This document shows, piece by piece, positions 11,151 to 22,653 of a stretch of 64,000 nt of DNA. The first letter of the stretch is position 1. Each line of letters opens with the position of its first letter. The translations under genes were made by a program, and so were the position numbers. The DNA comes from Azolla caroliniana (lineage: Eukaryota; Plantae; Polypodiophyta), in contig JBHGNT010000013.1 in assembly GCA_043228905.1 (NCBI GenBank), positions 13,764,001-13,828,000 of the forward strand. The letters are read 5' to 3'. The notes beneath the pieces were generated by a model, which was given only the letters and a program-made list of their open reading frames with translations, searched no databases and was not told the DNA's origin.

Positions 11151-12708
11151 ACCGGTTGTGTAGGATGAGAAGCATTTCCGATCCGAGGTAAGGTGGAATG
11201 ACGCTCCAAAATCAACAACCCACATTGTCTCGTCGTCAGCAAGGTTCAACTCACTCTCCTCGGTGATGAGCATCAACTCTTCTTCACTTGCCGCGATTGT
11301 CGTCATTCCCTTGCAGTCCAGTTCTCTTCGGTCTTTGTCGTTCCGGTCCGGTGACCACTTTGAATCGGTATTGTCGGTTTCCCTATCTTTCCGAAAATGC
11401 CGACAGTTCTTCTGGAAGTGTCCCGGCTTGCCGCAATAGAAGCAAGTAGGCCTCCCCCTTGACTTTGACAGTGTCCCAGACTTTTCCCGGTTTTGAGGAC
11501 TACAGTTCCTTTGTCTTCCGCGTTCTGATTCGGTAAGGAGCGCTTTGGAGTCGGAGCTCGTATCCTTGTCTTTCCGACGCTCCTCCTCATCTAGCAAGCT
11601 CGACTTGACTCTTGCTAGGGATAACTATTTCCCTTCTAGCCCGGCGTTGCCCAAAGTGACAACTAACGTCTCCCAGCTATCTGGGAGGGAACCGAGCAGG
11701 AGTAGTGCTAGTACCTCCTCAGTGAGAGGTACTTCCAACGATGTTTCCTGGTGAATCATCCCTTAGAAGGCATTCATGTGCTCCGCCATATTGGAGCCAT
11801 CTTGGTACCGGAGTCTTACTAGCTTCCGAAATACCGAAACCCGATTAATAGCATTTTTGTTCTGAAACATAATGTTGATCTTCTCCCAGAGCTCATGAGC
11901 CTTGCTCTCTTTATTCAAGTTGTTGTACAAGCTCATGTCGATGAAGCACCGGATGTATGCCGTTGTCTTCATGTGCATCACCTCCCATATCGTGGCATCG
12001 ATTTTGTCCGGTCTCTTGTCCCCGAACTGAACCGTCAACCAAAGATCTTTAACCACGAGCATGTCCCTCATCTTCGACTTCCACACTAAGTAGTTGGAGC
12101 CAGTGAGCTTGAACATGCCTCCAAACGAATGTTCCATTTTCTGTGTCGTTTTGTTCTAATACCAGATTGTCAGGAGTATGCGGAACAATGCTCAGCCACA
12201 ACCGAGTCTTCAATCACTTGATGATAATCATACACAGAAGAAATGGGCAATGAAGGTAGATGCACGAACACACGTAAGTGAGAGAGAGTACAGTATGTTA
12301 ACGTGGAAAACCCTAAGAGGGAAAAACCACGAGAGCCCACAGGCTCCAAACTATCACTATGTAAGAAGAATACAACAGGAAGAGCACAGAGGCAACGACC
12401 TCGTGCTCTCGTCTTCGCCTGGCGGCGGTTACAATAGAGACACGCTTTGTATCACTCTCTCTCTCTCTCTCTGCTACACTCTGTACAGCAGTTACGCCAA
12501 TCAACATTGTACACAATAATAACAACACACACAAAGAGTTTGCCCTAGGTCATATTTATACTAATATGACTTTCGGGCTACTTACAAATATAGCCCCAGT
12601 GGGCTCTCTAGAACATATTTACATAGTCGGGGCCTGCATCATCCGGTTCTCACCGGGTCTTCCTTGCCGGGTACTCATATCCCATCCGGAGGGACGGAAA
12701 TCCTAACA
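11151..12708 (-). mobile_element. Ty1/copia element C 5' part: LTR (12168-12708), degenerate iMet PBS, gag and protease
   Basis: Termini TGTCAGGA...TCCTAACA and TGGTATTAGAAC PBS. Motifs KLTGSNYLVWKSKM, CFYCGKPGHFQKNC, WVVDFGASFH. Confidence 0.85.
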
Positions 12709-13279
12709 ACAGTGACGTCAAATACGTAGTTAGTGAGGATTGAACTACAAGACGTCATATTCAACCATTTGGATATGAGCATGTATTTGTATATAGTATT
12801 GTATATTCTAGCATATATACATTCCAAAATATTCTAAAGCATATATTCTAAAGCCTTTAGTGTATTCTAGAAATATTCTATGGTGTATTCTAGACGGGTA
12901 TATTCTAGAGATATTTGTCAGGTATATTCTAAAGATACTCAATCTCAAAACTAGTATAAATACTTGTAACCTCCTTCGTCCCTTCCAGGGGATTCAACAC
13001 CAGTCATTGACACATCAATCTAGTATTCTCGTTTCGCCTCATCTTTGTCTCCTTGATCTTTATTTCTATCTTCATGCCCTCATGTCACTCACAATATCCA
13101 GAGTTCCTAGCCTTGTCACATCTAGCTCCAAGTTCATCCGTCGCTTGTAGCCCCATCTTATCTCCTTGATCTTTATCTCTATCTTCATACTCTAGTGTCA
13201 TTCCTAGCTTCTCAAGTTCCACACTCTTAGCCCCACCGTTCGTGCTTTGTCCTAGTCCGTACTTGATGTGTCCATGACA
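12709..13279 (+). mobile_element. Partial LTR (probably Ty3-type, ends CATGACA), inserted in the gag of copia E and interrupted by element C
   Basis: TATTCTAG repeats, TATAAATA at ~12956 and a pyrimidine-rich R/U5. Copia E gag abuts it at 13280. Confidence 0.6.
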
Positions 13280-13849
13280 ATAGTTCTCATTGTACCGAAC
13301 AGTGGTGCTAGGCCTCCGAGGCATATTTGTACCATTTCGTCTTCATCGACATTGGCATTTTGTTAATCCTAGGGCCGGACAACAGCCTAACACAGGGTGT
13401 CCACTTAAGACACTTCACCAAAGGGTGTTACGGCAAGATGACTTACGACACAACCCTTAATTAGACCTTAATTGGTTACTTAGCAATACGTCATTAACAC
13501 GTGTAAGATATAACAATGAGTATAGAATAGTAATCAATACTGAAAGGTTAAGGCAATAGGTTCTATTAATTATCCGCTGTCAATTACATTGTAACCGGGC
13601 CTTTATATAGGTCTCCAGTGCGAAGTACAAAATAGTGCCAACCGGCACCTATTCGGAATCGGTCTGGATCCGGATCGGCATACCGATTTCGGTCCGTCCG
13701 TCCATATTAATAAAATTACAACAGTTCCCGAATAAACTATTCCTTTCACACTCTGGTCTGGACATCCTTAAGCCTTCTTTGCCGGTCGGGTAACACATGA
13801 CATGCCCGTGGGACAGTACCTTGTACGTCGAACCCATTATCCGGCCCTG

Positions 13850-16750
13850 CTACTCTTCGTCCCAAATATCCAAAATGCTTTGCTCCAGAATTTCCAATGG
13901 CTCGTCGGGAATCTGTTGCTGCTATTATGGTTGCTGCTCCGTTTGTGGCTATTGCGGTGGCTACTCCGTTTGTGCCTTCTCCGTTTGTCGCTCTAGCACC
14001 GGCGTTTCCTTTGTTGTTTCCTCCATCAGAGTTGTCGCTGGCTCACTGATCCCGACCTGATCCCCGTCTAGTCCTTGTACCGGTGACGGTTCCTCATCAC
14101 TAAGGTTGACCGTTGCTACCTTCCTTGCTTTTTCTTCCCAGAGCCAGGACCGCTCATAGCTCTCAAATTGGATTTGATCCTCCAGCCGATCGTCGTCCAG
14201 TTGAGCTATGAGCTGTCGGACCTGCACCAATTGTTCATCCGCCAAGGCTGTGAAATCTTCGGCCAGCTCATCCCTTATGGTGGTGAAGTCCTCCGATGTC
14301 AGCGTATAACAGTCATCACCTTCCTTCCGCCGGTTTTCCACGTCCGCCCTGAGCAATTGGAGTTCCGCCGTATTCTGCGCCCATTTCGTCCACCATTGCA
14401 TAGAGCTCTTGTCAATCAAGCGTTTGGTCTTGGTGAGCCATGCCCAGAGGATGCACTGGATCCGTTCGGTTCCCATCCGTGATTTGTTCTCCGCGGCTTG
14501 TCGCTCCTCTTTCAATTTCTTGATGATTCTGACCGTGTCTGCCTCCTACTCCCTATAATGCGACAATTGACTTTGATAGGTTGTTTGCAACCTCTGAAAC
14601 ACCATTGTCGCCCTTTCCTTTTCTTCATGGTTCTGCTTGTGGAGCTCCATCCGGTCCATCGCCGCTTCCTCCAATAGCTTTGAACTCTCAGCTCATTCGT
14701 CGGCGAGTGCCGTTGTGGCCCTATCAACTTCTTGCCGGAGCTCAGCCATCCTTTCCTACTGTTGCTTATACTCCATCTCCAGTTGCTTGTAGTCCCGGTG
14801 CAGATGATCAAAATCATCGGTCTTCTGCTTCAACCTCTAGTTGATCTGTCAGCGCGCGTGGTCCTCCCGGTCCTTCTGTTGACAAAGTTCTTCCTTCAGC
14901 CTTTCGATTTCCGTCTCCGCCATCCGTCGCAGCTTGTCTTTCTCCTGCAACAATTTCTCTTTTTCCTCCTTTAGCCAGTCGTAAGCTTGATGTCCTTTAC
15001 GTAGGTTTTCCTCTACCCGGCGGAGGTTCTCAGTAGTCTTCTTTAATTCTTCTTCGGCTGCCTTCTTCAAGTCGCGTTCGCGGCTCCGTAATGCTTCTTG
15101 TGCGGCAAGTTCATCTCTTAAGTCGGCAAGCTCTTGGGCTTGCGCCGCATCTTTCTCCGGAACAGTTTCTGTCTCCGGGGTCTTATTCATATGTACATCC
15201 ACCGGAGTCACCGGTGCTTGGATCTGTGTTGCGGTTAAGGCCATTTTGGCCATGTCTTCTGTGACTTGATCCAAGTCTTGTTCGAGGCACCGGATCCTTG
15301 ACCGGGTCGTCTCTAGTTCATCGGTTGTGACTAGCAACCGTTCCATCTGCGCTCGCTCTTCCGCCTCTACATATCCAACTACTCCGGCAATTTGTTCTCC
15401 TATCCACCGAAGCCATTGGCTGCCGGTGCCCTGTTGTTGTGTCTGCACGGCGGGTTGGCTGATGGGTTCACTTGCCGGTGGTTGGTCCCGTCTTTCTGCG
15501 TCGAGCGGCAATTCCGGCTCTACCTATTGACCACTTTGTCATTCAGGTTTCGGTTGTGTTTCGGCTGGCCGCACTTGTTCTGCTTGTTCTTGGCCGACTG
15601 AGGAGGTTGGCATTTGTATAACCGGCTCTTGAGTTATGGGGCTTGCCGGTGATGCCTGTTGTGTAGGGACTTCTGTGATCGGTTCCATCCGAACCGGTTC
15701 CGGTGCCTCCCTTGGCGTGGGATTCTCAGTGTGGGTTGCAGGCGTTCCATCCTTTTGTGGGTCTGAACGCTTCCTGGCTGATTCTGCGGTCCTCTTCACC
15801 GGCCGCCGCTGGAGGTGCTCCGTAGGCTCTTCCTCCATTTCCTCCTCCTGAGTCTCGGCATTCATTCTTGCCGCCAGGGTGTCCATTTCTTGCTGCACCG
15901 ATCGGTGGAGTGGGATCTTCAGGGGCCGTGTCGACGTCTCCTCGTGCGTGTCCGTCGGCCGTTTCCGGCTGGCGTGCTCCTTTACCGCCTTCTCTGCGTC
16001 AGCCGTCTTCCCCTTAGTGGCCTTGGAGGCCAACAGTTGTTGTTTTGAAGCAGGTTTCGGAGTGCCGTCCGTTGCTCTTCCCCGTTTCTTGGTCTGGACG
16101 GGCTCGACAGGTGGCGCCAATAAGGTGAGGCATTGCGTCACCGCTTGCCATATTTTCCGGCCTTCTTTGCCTTCCTTACCTCTTATGGTATCAATAGTCG
16201 TGCACAATCCGTCGGCGATCAGCACCGGCCAATCCACCTTGACCCGTTCGTACGTTGCAATAATCAAGCCTGCTCAGTTCTGAGGCATAACGGGGGGTCG
16301 AGGGTATACGTGGCCGAATTCATGGAGTACACGGGCAATTTCGCGGAATAACATATCTTCGCTGCCATGTGTCCTGTAGCCCTTGCTAGCGAGAGAATAC
16401 TCACCGAAATATTTGAAGAGCTGCTCGGAGGTAGGATTGTCGATCGTGTAGATGCCCCCCTCCGGAAGGCCTGTTAACGCACGGATCGCTTCCTCCGTGA
16501 TCAACTCGGTGTAAATGTCTTTGATAATATTTTCGGCCTCCTTGTGTGGCGCCGCCTCCATGATCGTCAAGAAACCCTCCAGTCCGTGTTGTCGTAGCCA
16601 TTTCTTGGTGGCTTCAGACAGTGTTTGGCAGTTCATCTCTACGTCGAGGTCGGAGAGTGTTGGCGAGGTTTGACGATGGAGAGAGTGTGAGAGAGAAAGT
16701 TCGGAGTGAGGGGGTTCTCTATGCACGAGCTCTCTTCGATTGATCTTCAT
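13850..16750 (-). pseudogene. Extra 3' ORF of element D (~960 codons, coiled-coil rich), inactivated by in-frame stops
   Basis: ORF-track pieces 16274-16750, 15539-16267, 14849-15511 and 13961-14515 share one frame, separated only by stop codons. Confidence 0.75.
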
Positions 16751-16999
16751 GCGTCTGTTCTCCTTGGTTCGCGAAAGGAGAAGTTCTCGATGCGTGGGGG
16801 TTTTTCTCTCTACATCTTGGCGCCTTTTTCGAGCCTACGCGTGTGCAGGTCGTGTACTATAATAGCATTACGTGCCATGTGGCGGTGGTTTAATGCCCTA
16901 TTCATAGCCTCCTCGTACCTTTTCGAAGTGCCTCTTTACTCCTCATTTGCATGGCCGTTCCCACCACTCCTTTCCATGATTTCTTTGATTCGATTTTTC

Positions 17000-17036
<37 letters not shown>

Positions 17037-17051
17037 AAATTAATTGTGTGG

Positions 17052-18370
17052 TTAATTTTTCTCTGGTCCTGTCGGACCCTTACCCGAAGCGCGCAACTTG
17101 CCGGCCTCTTGACGGTTTGCCGTCGTTTTGCTCTCCCTGGTTGCCGGCTCGTGCTCCTCCTTACCGACTTTGTGGTAGCCGTTTTCCTCATAGGTTGTTG
17201 TCTTGGTTGGCCTACCGGCGTCCGATTCGGTGTCGGCCCTTCGTTCAAATGGGTTCTTGGGCATAGGTCCTTTGTATGGCTTTAGTCTAAAACCGTTGAC
17301 CCATTCACCCAGCACCTCGTCGGCAAGTGTCCCTAACTGGTAGGATCCATTGAACTCGCGTGTGTTCCAGTACGGTCCGGTCCATCTAAACCGTAGTTTG
17401 CCTGGCATTTTACCCATCCGGGTCTGGAACACTAGTACCAGCTTGCCGATTTCGAACATCTTTTCATTTCCCTTCCGGTGCCGATCTACAAACACTTTCT
17501 GTCGCCGTTGTTCCAATTCCAGGTGCATGATGCTCGCCAGTCGGTGTTCTTCTAGTTCACACAGAGCCTTTAATCGAATTGCCTCTGATTCCTTTTCATT
17601 AAGTCGTTCTCGAATCTGGATCCATAAGCTCGGTACCTGGAACTCGATCGGCATGACTGCCTCTAATCCAAATGCTAATCGGAACGGCGTTGTTCGGATG
17701 CTTGTTTTGTACGTTGTCCGGTAAGCCCAGAGCGCACTGTGCAGCTTCGTGTCCCAATCTATCTGATTCTCATTGACGATCTTGCACAGGATATTCTGTA
17801 GCGTTTTGTTTGTTGACTCAGCTAATCCGTTGGCTTGTGGGTAGTACGGGGTGCTCCGTTTATGTACTACCGCATAGAATGACGTCAACCTCTCCACTAC
17901 CTGTCCAAGAAAGTGCCCTCCTTGGTCGCTTATCAGCTCTATGGGGCATCCGTACCGGCACCAAATGTATTCGTATAAGAATTTTGCCGTCGACGCCGCG
18001 GTGTTGTCTCGTAGGGCTTTGGCTTCCACCCGTTTAGTGTAGTAGTCCGTCGCGACGATCACATACCGGTTGCCAGTTCTCATTGCCGGTGGTTTAAATG
18101 GTCCGACAAAATCCAGTCCCCATTTCTGAAATGGTTCTAGCGGTAGTACTGGCTGGTGCGGCATCCTAGCTTGTTCCGTTGGTTGGCCCATTCGTGGGCA
18201 TAGATCACACTCTTTCGCGTATCGGACTGCATCTTTCAATGTAGTCGGCCACCATAGGCCACTTTGCCATATCTTCCTTGTCGTAGCATCCCCGGCATAA
18301 TGGCCTCCGGCGACTCCGCAGTGTGCTTCCCGTAGTATTACCTCTTTCTCGTCGTTGTTCACTGCGATTG
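17052..18370 (-). CDS. Ty3/gypsy integrase (open frame, native start missing)
   Basis: HHCC (EAH..GGH..CDLC), DDE triad (WGLDF, LISDQG, NGLAE), WTGPY. Confidence 0.85.
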
Positions 18371-20924
18371 TGCAGGAATCGTGGTCGCCAAAAACTGTGT
18401 TAATCCTAGGGCCAGACAACAGCCTAACACAGGGTGTCCACTTAAGACACTTCACCAAAGGGTGTTACGGCAAGATGACTTACGACACAACCCTTAATTA
18501 GACCTTAATTGGTTACTTAGCAATACGTCATTAACACACGTAAGATATAACAATGAGTACAGAACGGTAATCAATACTGAAAGGTTAAGGCAATAAGTTC
18601 TATTAATTATCCGCTGTCAATTACATTGTAACCGGGCCTTTATATAGGTCTCCGGTGCGAAGTACAAAACGGTGCCAACCGGCACCTATTCAGAATCGGT
18701 CCAGATCCAGATCAGCATACCGATTCCGGTCCGTCCGTCCATATTAATAAAATTACAACAGTTCCCAAATAAACTATTCCTTTCACACTCTAGTCTGGAC
18801 ATCCTTAAGCCTTCTTTGTCGGCCGGGTAACACATTGATTCAGGCGAGTGTGTCACATAGCTCCTTGATCTTCAAGGTGTACGTTGTGATGGACAAGTCC
18901 TTCTGTTGGACATTGTTAAACTCTTGGTAGAGTTGAAGCTTTCGTATGGTTGTATTTGTTGCAAAGTTCTTCATGAGATTCTCCCATGCTTCTTTCAGCT
19001 TCATGGCTTCCCGAATGTAGTCGAGCATGTTGTCATGTACACAAGTTGCCAAGAAATACAACACTCGACTCGCTGCTTGCTCCCATGTTGAGTAGTCGGC
19101 GTTTGTTGGGTTAGGTTTCGATTCTTGTGCTCCATCGATGTAGCTCCAATAGCCTTGGCCAGCAAGGTATTGGTGCATCTTGTATTCCCAAGATGCAAAG
19201 TTGTTTCCATCCAACTTTTCGCTAGGGAGTGAGTTGCCCATCTGAGTATTCATGGTGGTCGGTGTAGTTTTCCTTCTTCTTCTTTCTCGGATACAAGCTA
19301 TGTAGTGATACTATAATAGCGATGGACCGGGTCTTCTTCAATGTCGGCATAGGACAAAACACACGCGGATGGGCTAGATCAAGCTACCAAGCCACTCTGA
19401 TACCATGTAAATAATCAAGTTTGTGATTATGTAGCATGGAAAAAACAGACTAAAGATGTGTGTGTTATGTGTGTATATAAGAGAAGAGAGAAGAGAGACT
19501 CAATATAGGAAAACAAAATACAAATTGTATATTCACAAGAATAATAAGGACAACCAACAGTTACCAAGGAGAGAGAAGGGTGCTTATAAGGTCACCCTCT
19601 CTCTACATTCTCTCACTGAAACGCCTACTCTCTCACTAGAATCTTGGGAAGGAGAAAACCTTAACTAACCCATCAATTGATGTGTCATAGGAGATATGTA
19701 ACTCTAATCAACAGTTACCAAAATGGAAGGTATGTAACTCTAATCATGGATGTTGACAAATCTTGGAATGTGGTTGACATTCTAAATTGCCACTTCTAGT
19801 GGGTCTTGATTTAGATGGTATTTGATTGTGGATTTGCTCTAAATGACGAGGACTAGCAAGAAACAACTACTTCTATTGCACAATTCAAGTGGAAGATATT
19901 ATTCATCATTTCATATAATGTCCGCTTGCTTGTAAGGTTTGAGCTTATATTTCGTAGTGAAGACAACCAACTTAAGTGGTAAGGGGTTTATATTATTGCT
20001 TCATAAACTTCAAGAATGTTTTTGATATGGTACTTCATGAGCATCTTTTGTATATATCAGAGCACATAAAATGGTTAGCTTCTCACTATAGCAACACAAT
20101 AGACCTTGTCCTCCATGTAAAATAGCTTGTGAGGAATGGCCATTTTACAATCGCTTTCAATGGATTTCATCTAATTTTTCATGTGTATATGAATTTGAAG
20201 GGTGTCTTTTGTAATGATCCATAGCAAAAGAATGCATTTTGATGGTGGAATCTTTTTGTTCACCACCACCAACATCTTGGTTTACTTTTCGCTATCTAAG
20301 CTTTGATTTCTGTTGTCTCATGTGCCACGGCATATATATTTATGCAAATAGTAGTGTGCACAACATTTCTCATCCGACTTTACCAACTTTTTCTCAAATG
20401 CCCCTCTCCCCTCCCTCAAGCTTCACATTCACCTAAACTGGATAAGAGTAGTGAAAAACAGTTACAAGCATAGTATGAAGCATACACACCATTCGTGCAA
20501 TCACATTCGCGTAAGAAAAACACCCTCGAAGTATGGTAAATACCATACTTTTGCACTCATTATTTATTATAAGGTAAATTGTTTTTTTATGGTAAAAGAA
20601 AGTTAAGGTAAGTTAAGGCAAAAAGTGTAAAAAAAAAAAAACACAAGAATGTTTTAATAACAAGCGCATTCGTTTTCAGACGTATGAAAACGAATGTTTG
20701 GGCTAACGAGCATGAATATTACGTACTATGGTTACAACATTTGTCCAGAATCATGTGATGTGATGCCAATCAATCATTCATATTACACTCTTGAGGGCCG
20801 TACATTCTCTTGTAATCTCTTATTAAATATACACACACTTCCGATCATTTTAAATATAGTTCCTACATAAACAAATAAATATATATATATATTTCCCATT
20901 AACCGTAACAAAGATTGTTACTCC

Positions 20925-22550
20925 CTACACAATGTTGTAGGGCATAGGAGAATACTGCATCACTAGAAAATTGAAGGTGGTGGGACAACCTAGGGAGAGG
21001 CCTTTGGGAACAAAGGTGAAGACTAAGGACGGCTCGGATGTGAGGTTGAGCGCACGAATCCGTCCGTCTACGTGGAGGCTGTAGTCGCTCGAATTCCTGC
21101 CTTCGCTAAACTGGGGCGCATTGTGGAAGGTGCCCACGAATTCCTGGCACCCTGACGTCGTGTTGGCCGTGGCGGACGGAAGGTTCAAAAAGACATCTAG
21201 AATGGCCGACATGCCCTCGGTCCATGTCAATCCGGCCATTATCAGATTCTCCTCCTCTGCCCCTTGTGCCACCGCCGCCATGTCTCGCTTCACCGTGGCG
21301 GAGCACGGGGCGACGATCCACTCCCCCGCCTCGCACAACTTGTCCGAGCTTCTTAATTCCGCCACTCCGTCGCTAAGCCTCACCGGCACTCCTTGGACCA
21401 TCCATGGGACATCCACCTCCTCATACACATACCCTAAGTTCCTTGTGTCCAATGCATCCCTCACCCTCACCCTCACGAGCTCCGCATCCTCGTTGTAGAA
21501 CGCAAACTCGGCATCCAAATACTCGGCCTCGTCGATGTCCTCGTTCCCTTCCATGTCCTTCCATAGCACCCACATCCGGTCTAGCTCCGCGTGGTGCGGG
21601 TAGAACACCGGATCCCTAGCGGCCGCGTAAAGCGACCCCATGTCTTTCCCCCCGACCGTGGTTGCCGAACCCGACCATGCATGCATCGAATTGTGGGGAA
21701 AGTTCTCCACTGTCCCAAAGAGGGTTCTCGGAGTCTCTCCATGCTTGAACGGATAACCGAAGAATCTGTACTTGCTCTCCGCATCCCTAACGAGGGACCT
21801 GTACACGTATGCCGCGTTCTCGTGGAGTTGTTCCTCCGCGGACCGTGTTTCGGCATTGTAGGTGTAGTCGATGGAGACCACCGTGGGTGGCATGTGATCA
21901 GGATTCCTATAGTCATCCATGAGGACGGGGTATTGGATGTACATCCATGGCATGGTGGAGCCATTGGGATGGTCATAGTTCCAGAAGGGAAGTGAGAACG
22001 TGTCATCATCGAGGAGCTTGGCCAGGATCCTCTCGTGGAAGTAGAGGTACCACCTATGGAAGGGGAAGAAGAGCCAGTTTCCATGGACTTGGAAGAGGAG
22101 GTCGGTAGAGTTGTTTTGGTTATAGACTGTGTTGCAATAAGCACAATGGATGTTTGCTTGTTGGGCAAAGGAGCGAGGGTCTTCGGGGGGTAGGTCCTTC
22201 ATGAGGGAGTAAGCTCTAGCAAGTGTGTCTCCATAGGTGGCATTGGGGAGGTGGGCTGGCCTTCTGACCTTGAGGGTAGGATAAAGGGTTGGGTTGGGTG
22301 TGAAGAGGGGTAAGGGTGTTGTAGCTGGGGGAGGGGCACAACAATTCAAAATCTCAAGTTCTAATGCGGGGATGTCTGATGGGGCATTGCAACTAGTCAT
22401 GTTTGGGGATAAGACTGTGCATTGTGCTCGCAATATGAGGTTAGAATTGTGAAGGCTATAATTAGTGTTATACATAAGAATGATGATGAAGGTGGTGGAG
22501 AAGGAGAAGCACATGGGTTTCTTCATTGTTGTAAAAATTGAACCCAACAT
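20925..22550 (-). CDS. PPO: Polyphenol oxidase (type-3 copper), intronless, probably secretory
   Basis: CuA HCAYC...HGNWLFFPFHRWYLYFHER and CuB HNSMH...AARDPVFYPHH. DWL-like (EYLDAEF) and KFDV-like (ILDVF, EFVGTF) C-terminal domains. Hydrophobic N-terminus. Confidence 0.95.
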   Translation of the reverse strand: MLGSIFTTMKKPMCFSFSTTFIIILMYNTNYSLHNSNLILRAQCTVLSPNMTSCNAPSDIPALELEILNCCAPPPATTPLPLFTPNPTLYPTLKVRRPAHLPNATYGDTLARAYSLMKDLPPEDPRSFAQQANIHCAYCNTVYNQNNSTDLLFQVHGNWLFFPFHRWYLYFHERILAKLLDDDTFSLPFWNYDHPNGSTMPWMYIQYPVLMDDYRNPDHMPPTVVSIDYTYNAETRSAEEQLHENAAYVYRSLVRDAESKYRFFGYPFKHGETPRTLFGTVENFPHNSMHAWSGSATTVGGKDMGSLYAAARDPVFYPHHAELDRMWVLWKDMEGNEDIDEAEYLDAEFAFYNEDAELVRVRVRDALDTRNLGYVYEEVDVPWMVQGVPVRLSDGVAELRSSDKLCEAGEWIVAPCSATVKRDMAAVAQGAEEENLIMAGLTWTEGMSAILDVFLNLPSATANTTSGCQEFVGTFHNAPQFSEGRNSSDYSLHVDGRIRALNLTSEPSLVFTFVPKGLSLGCPTTFNFLVMQYSPMPYNIV

Positions 22551-22607
22551 CCTTCTTTGTTATGGGTTTGTGCTTGCTTGTTATAAAGAGAACGATCGTG
22601 CTTATTG

Positions 22608-22653
<46 letters not shown>

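Larger units (their letters stand above)
13361..18832 (-). mobile_element. Non-autonomous Ty3/gypsy element D (non-chromovirus, Athila/Tat-like) with two 435-bp LTRs
   Basis: LTRs 13361-13795 and 18398-18832 (~20 differences by eye). TSD CATTT/CATTG. PBS TGGCGACCAC at ~18381-18390. Copia gag reads through on both sides of the insertion. Confidence 0.9.
13280..19780 (-). mobile_element. Ty1/copia element E: 5' LTR (19406-~19780), iMet PBS, gag split by element D
   Basis: TGGTATCAGAG at 19395-19405. Gag KLDGNNFASW...KELCDTLA (18840-19253) continues as NVDEDEMVQICLGGLAP at 13280-13355. The outer LTR end is uncertain. Confidence 0.8.

Noticed and set aside
13291-13315. ACA-GTGGTGCTAGG resembling an LTR end plus tRNA PBS
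   Set aside because: It is the reverse complement of copia E gag codons (GGLAPLFG). The LTR ends at 13279.
21121-22168. Antisense and alternate-frame ORFs over PPO
   Set aside because: Shadows of a GC-rich coding sequence, with no recognisable motifs.
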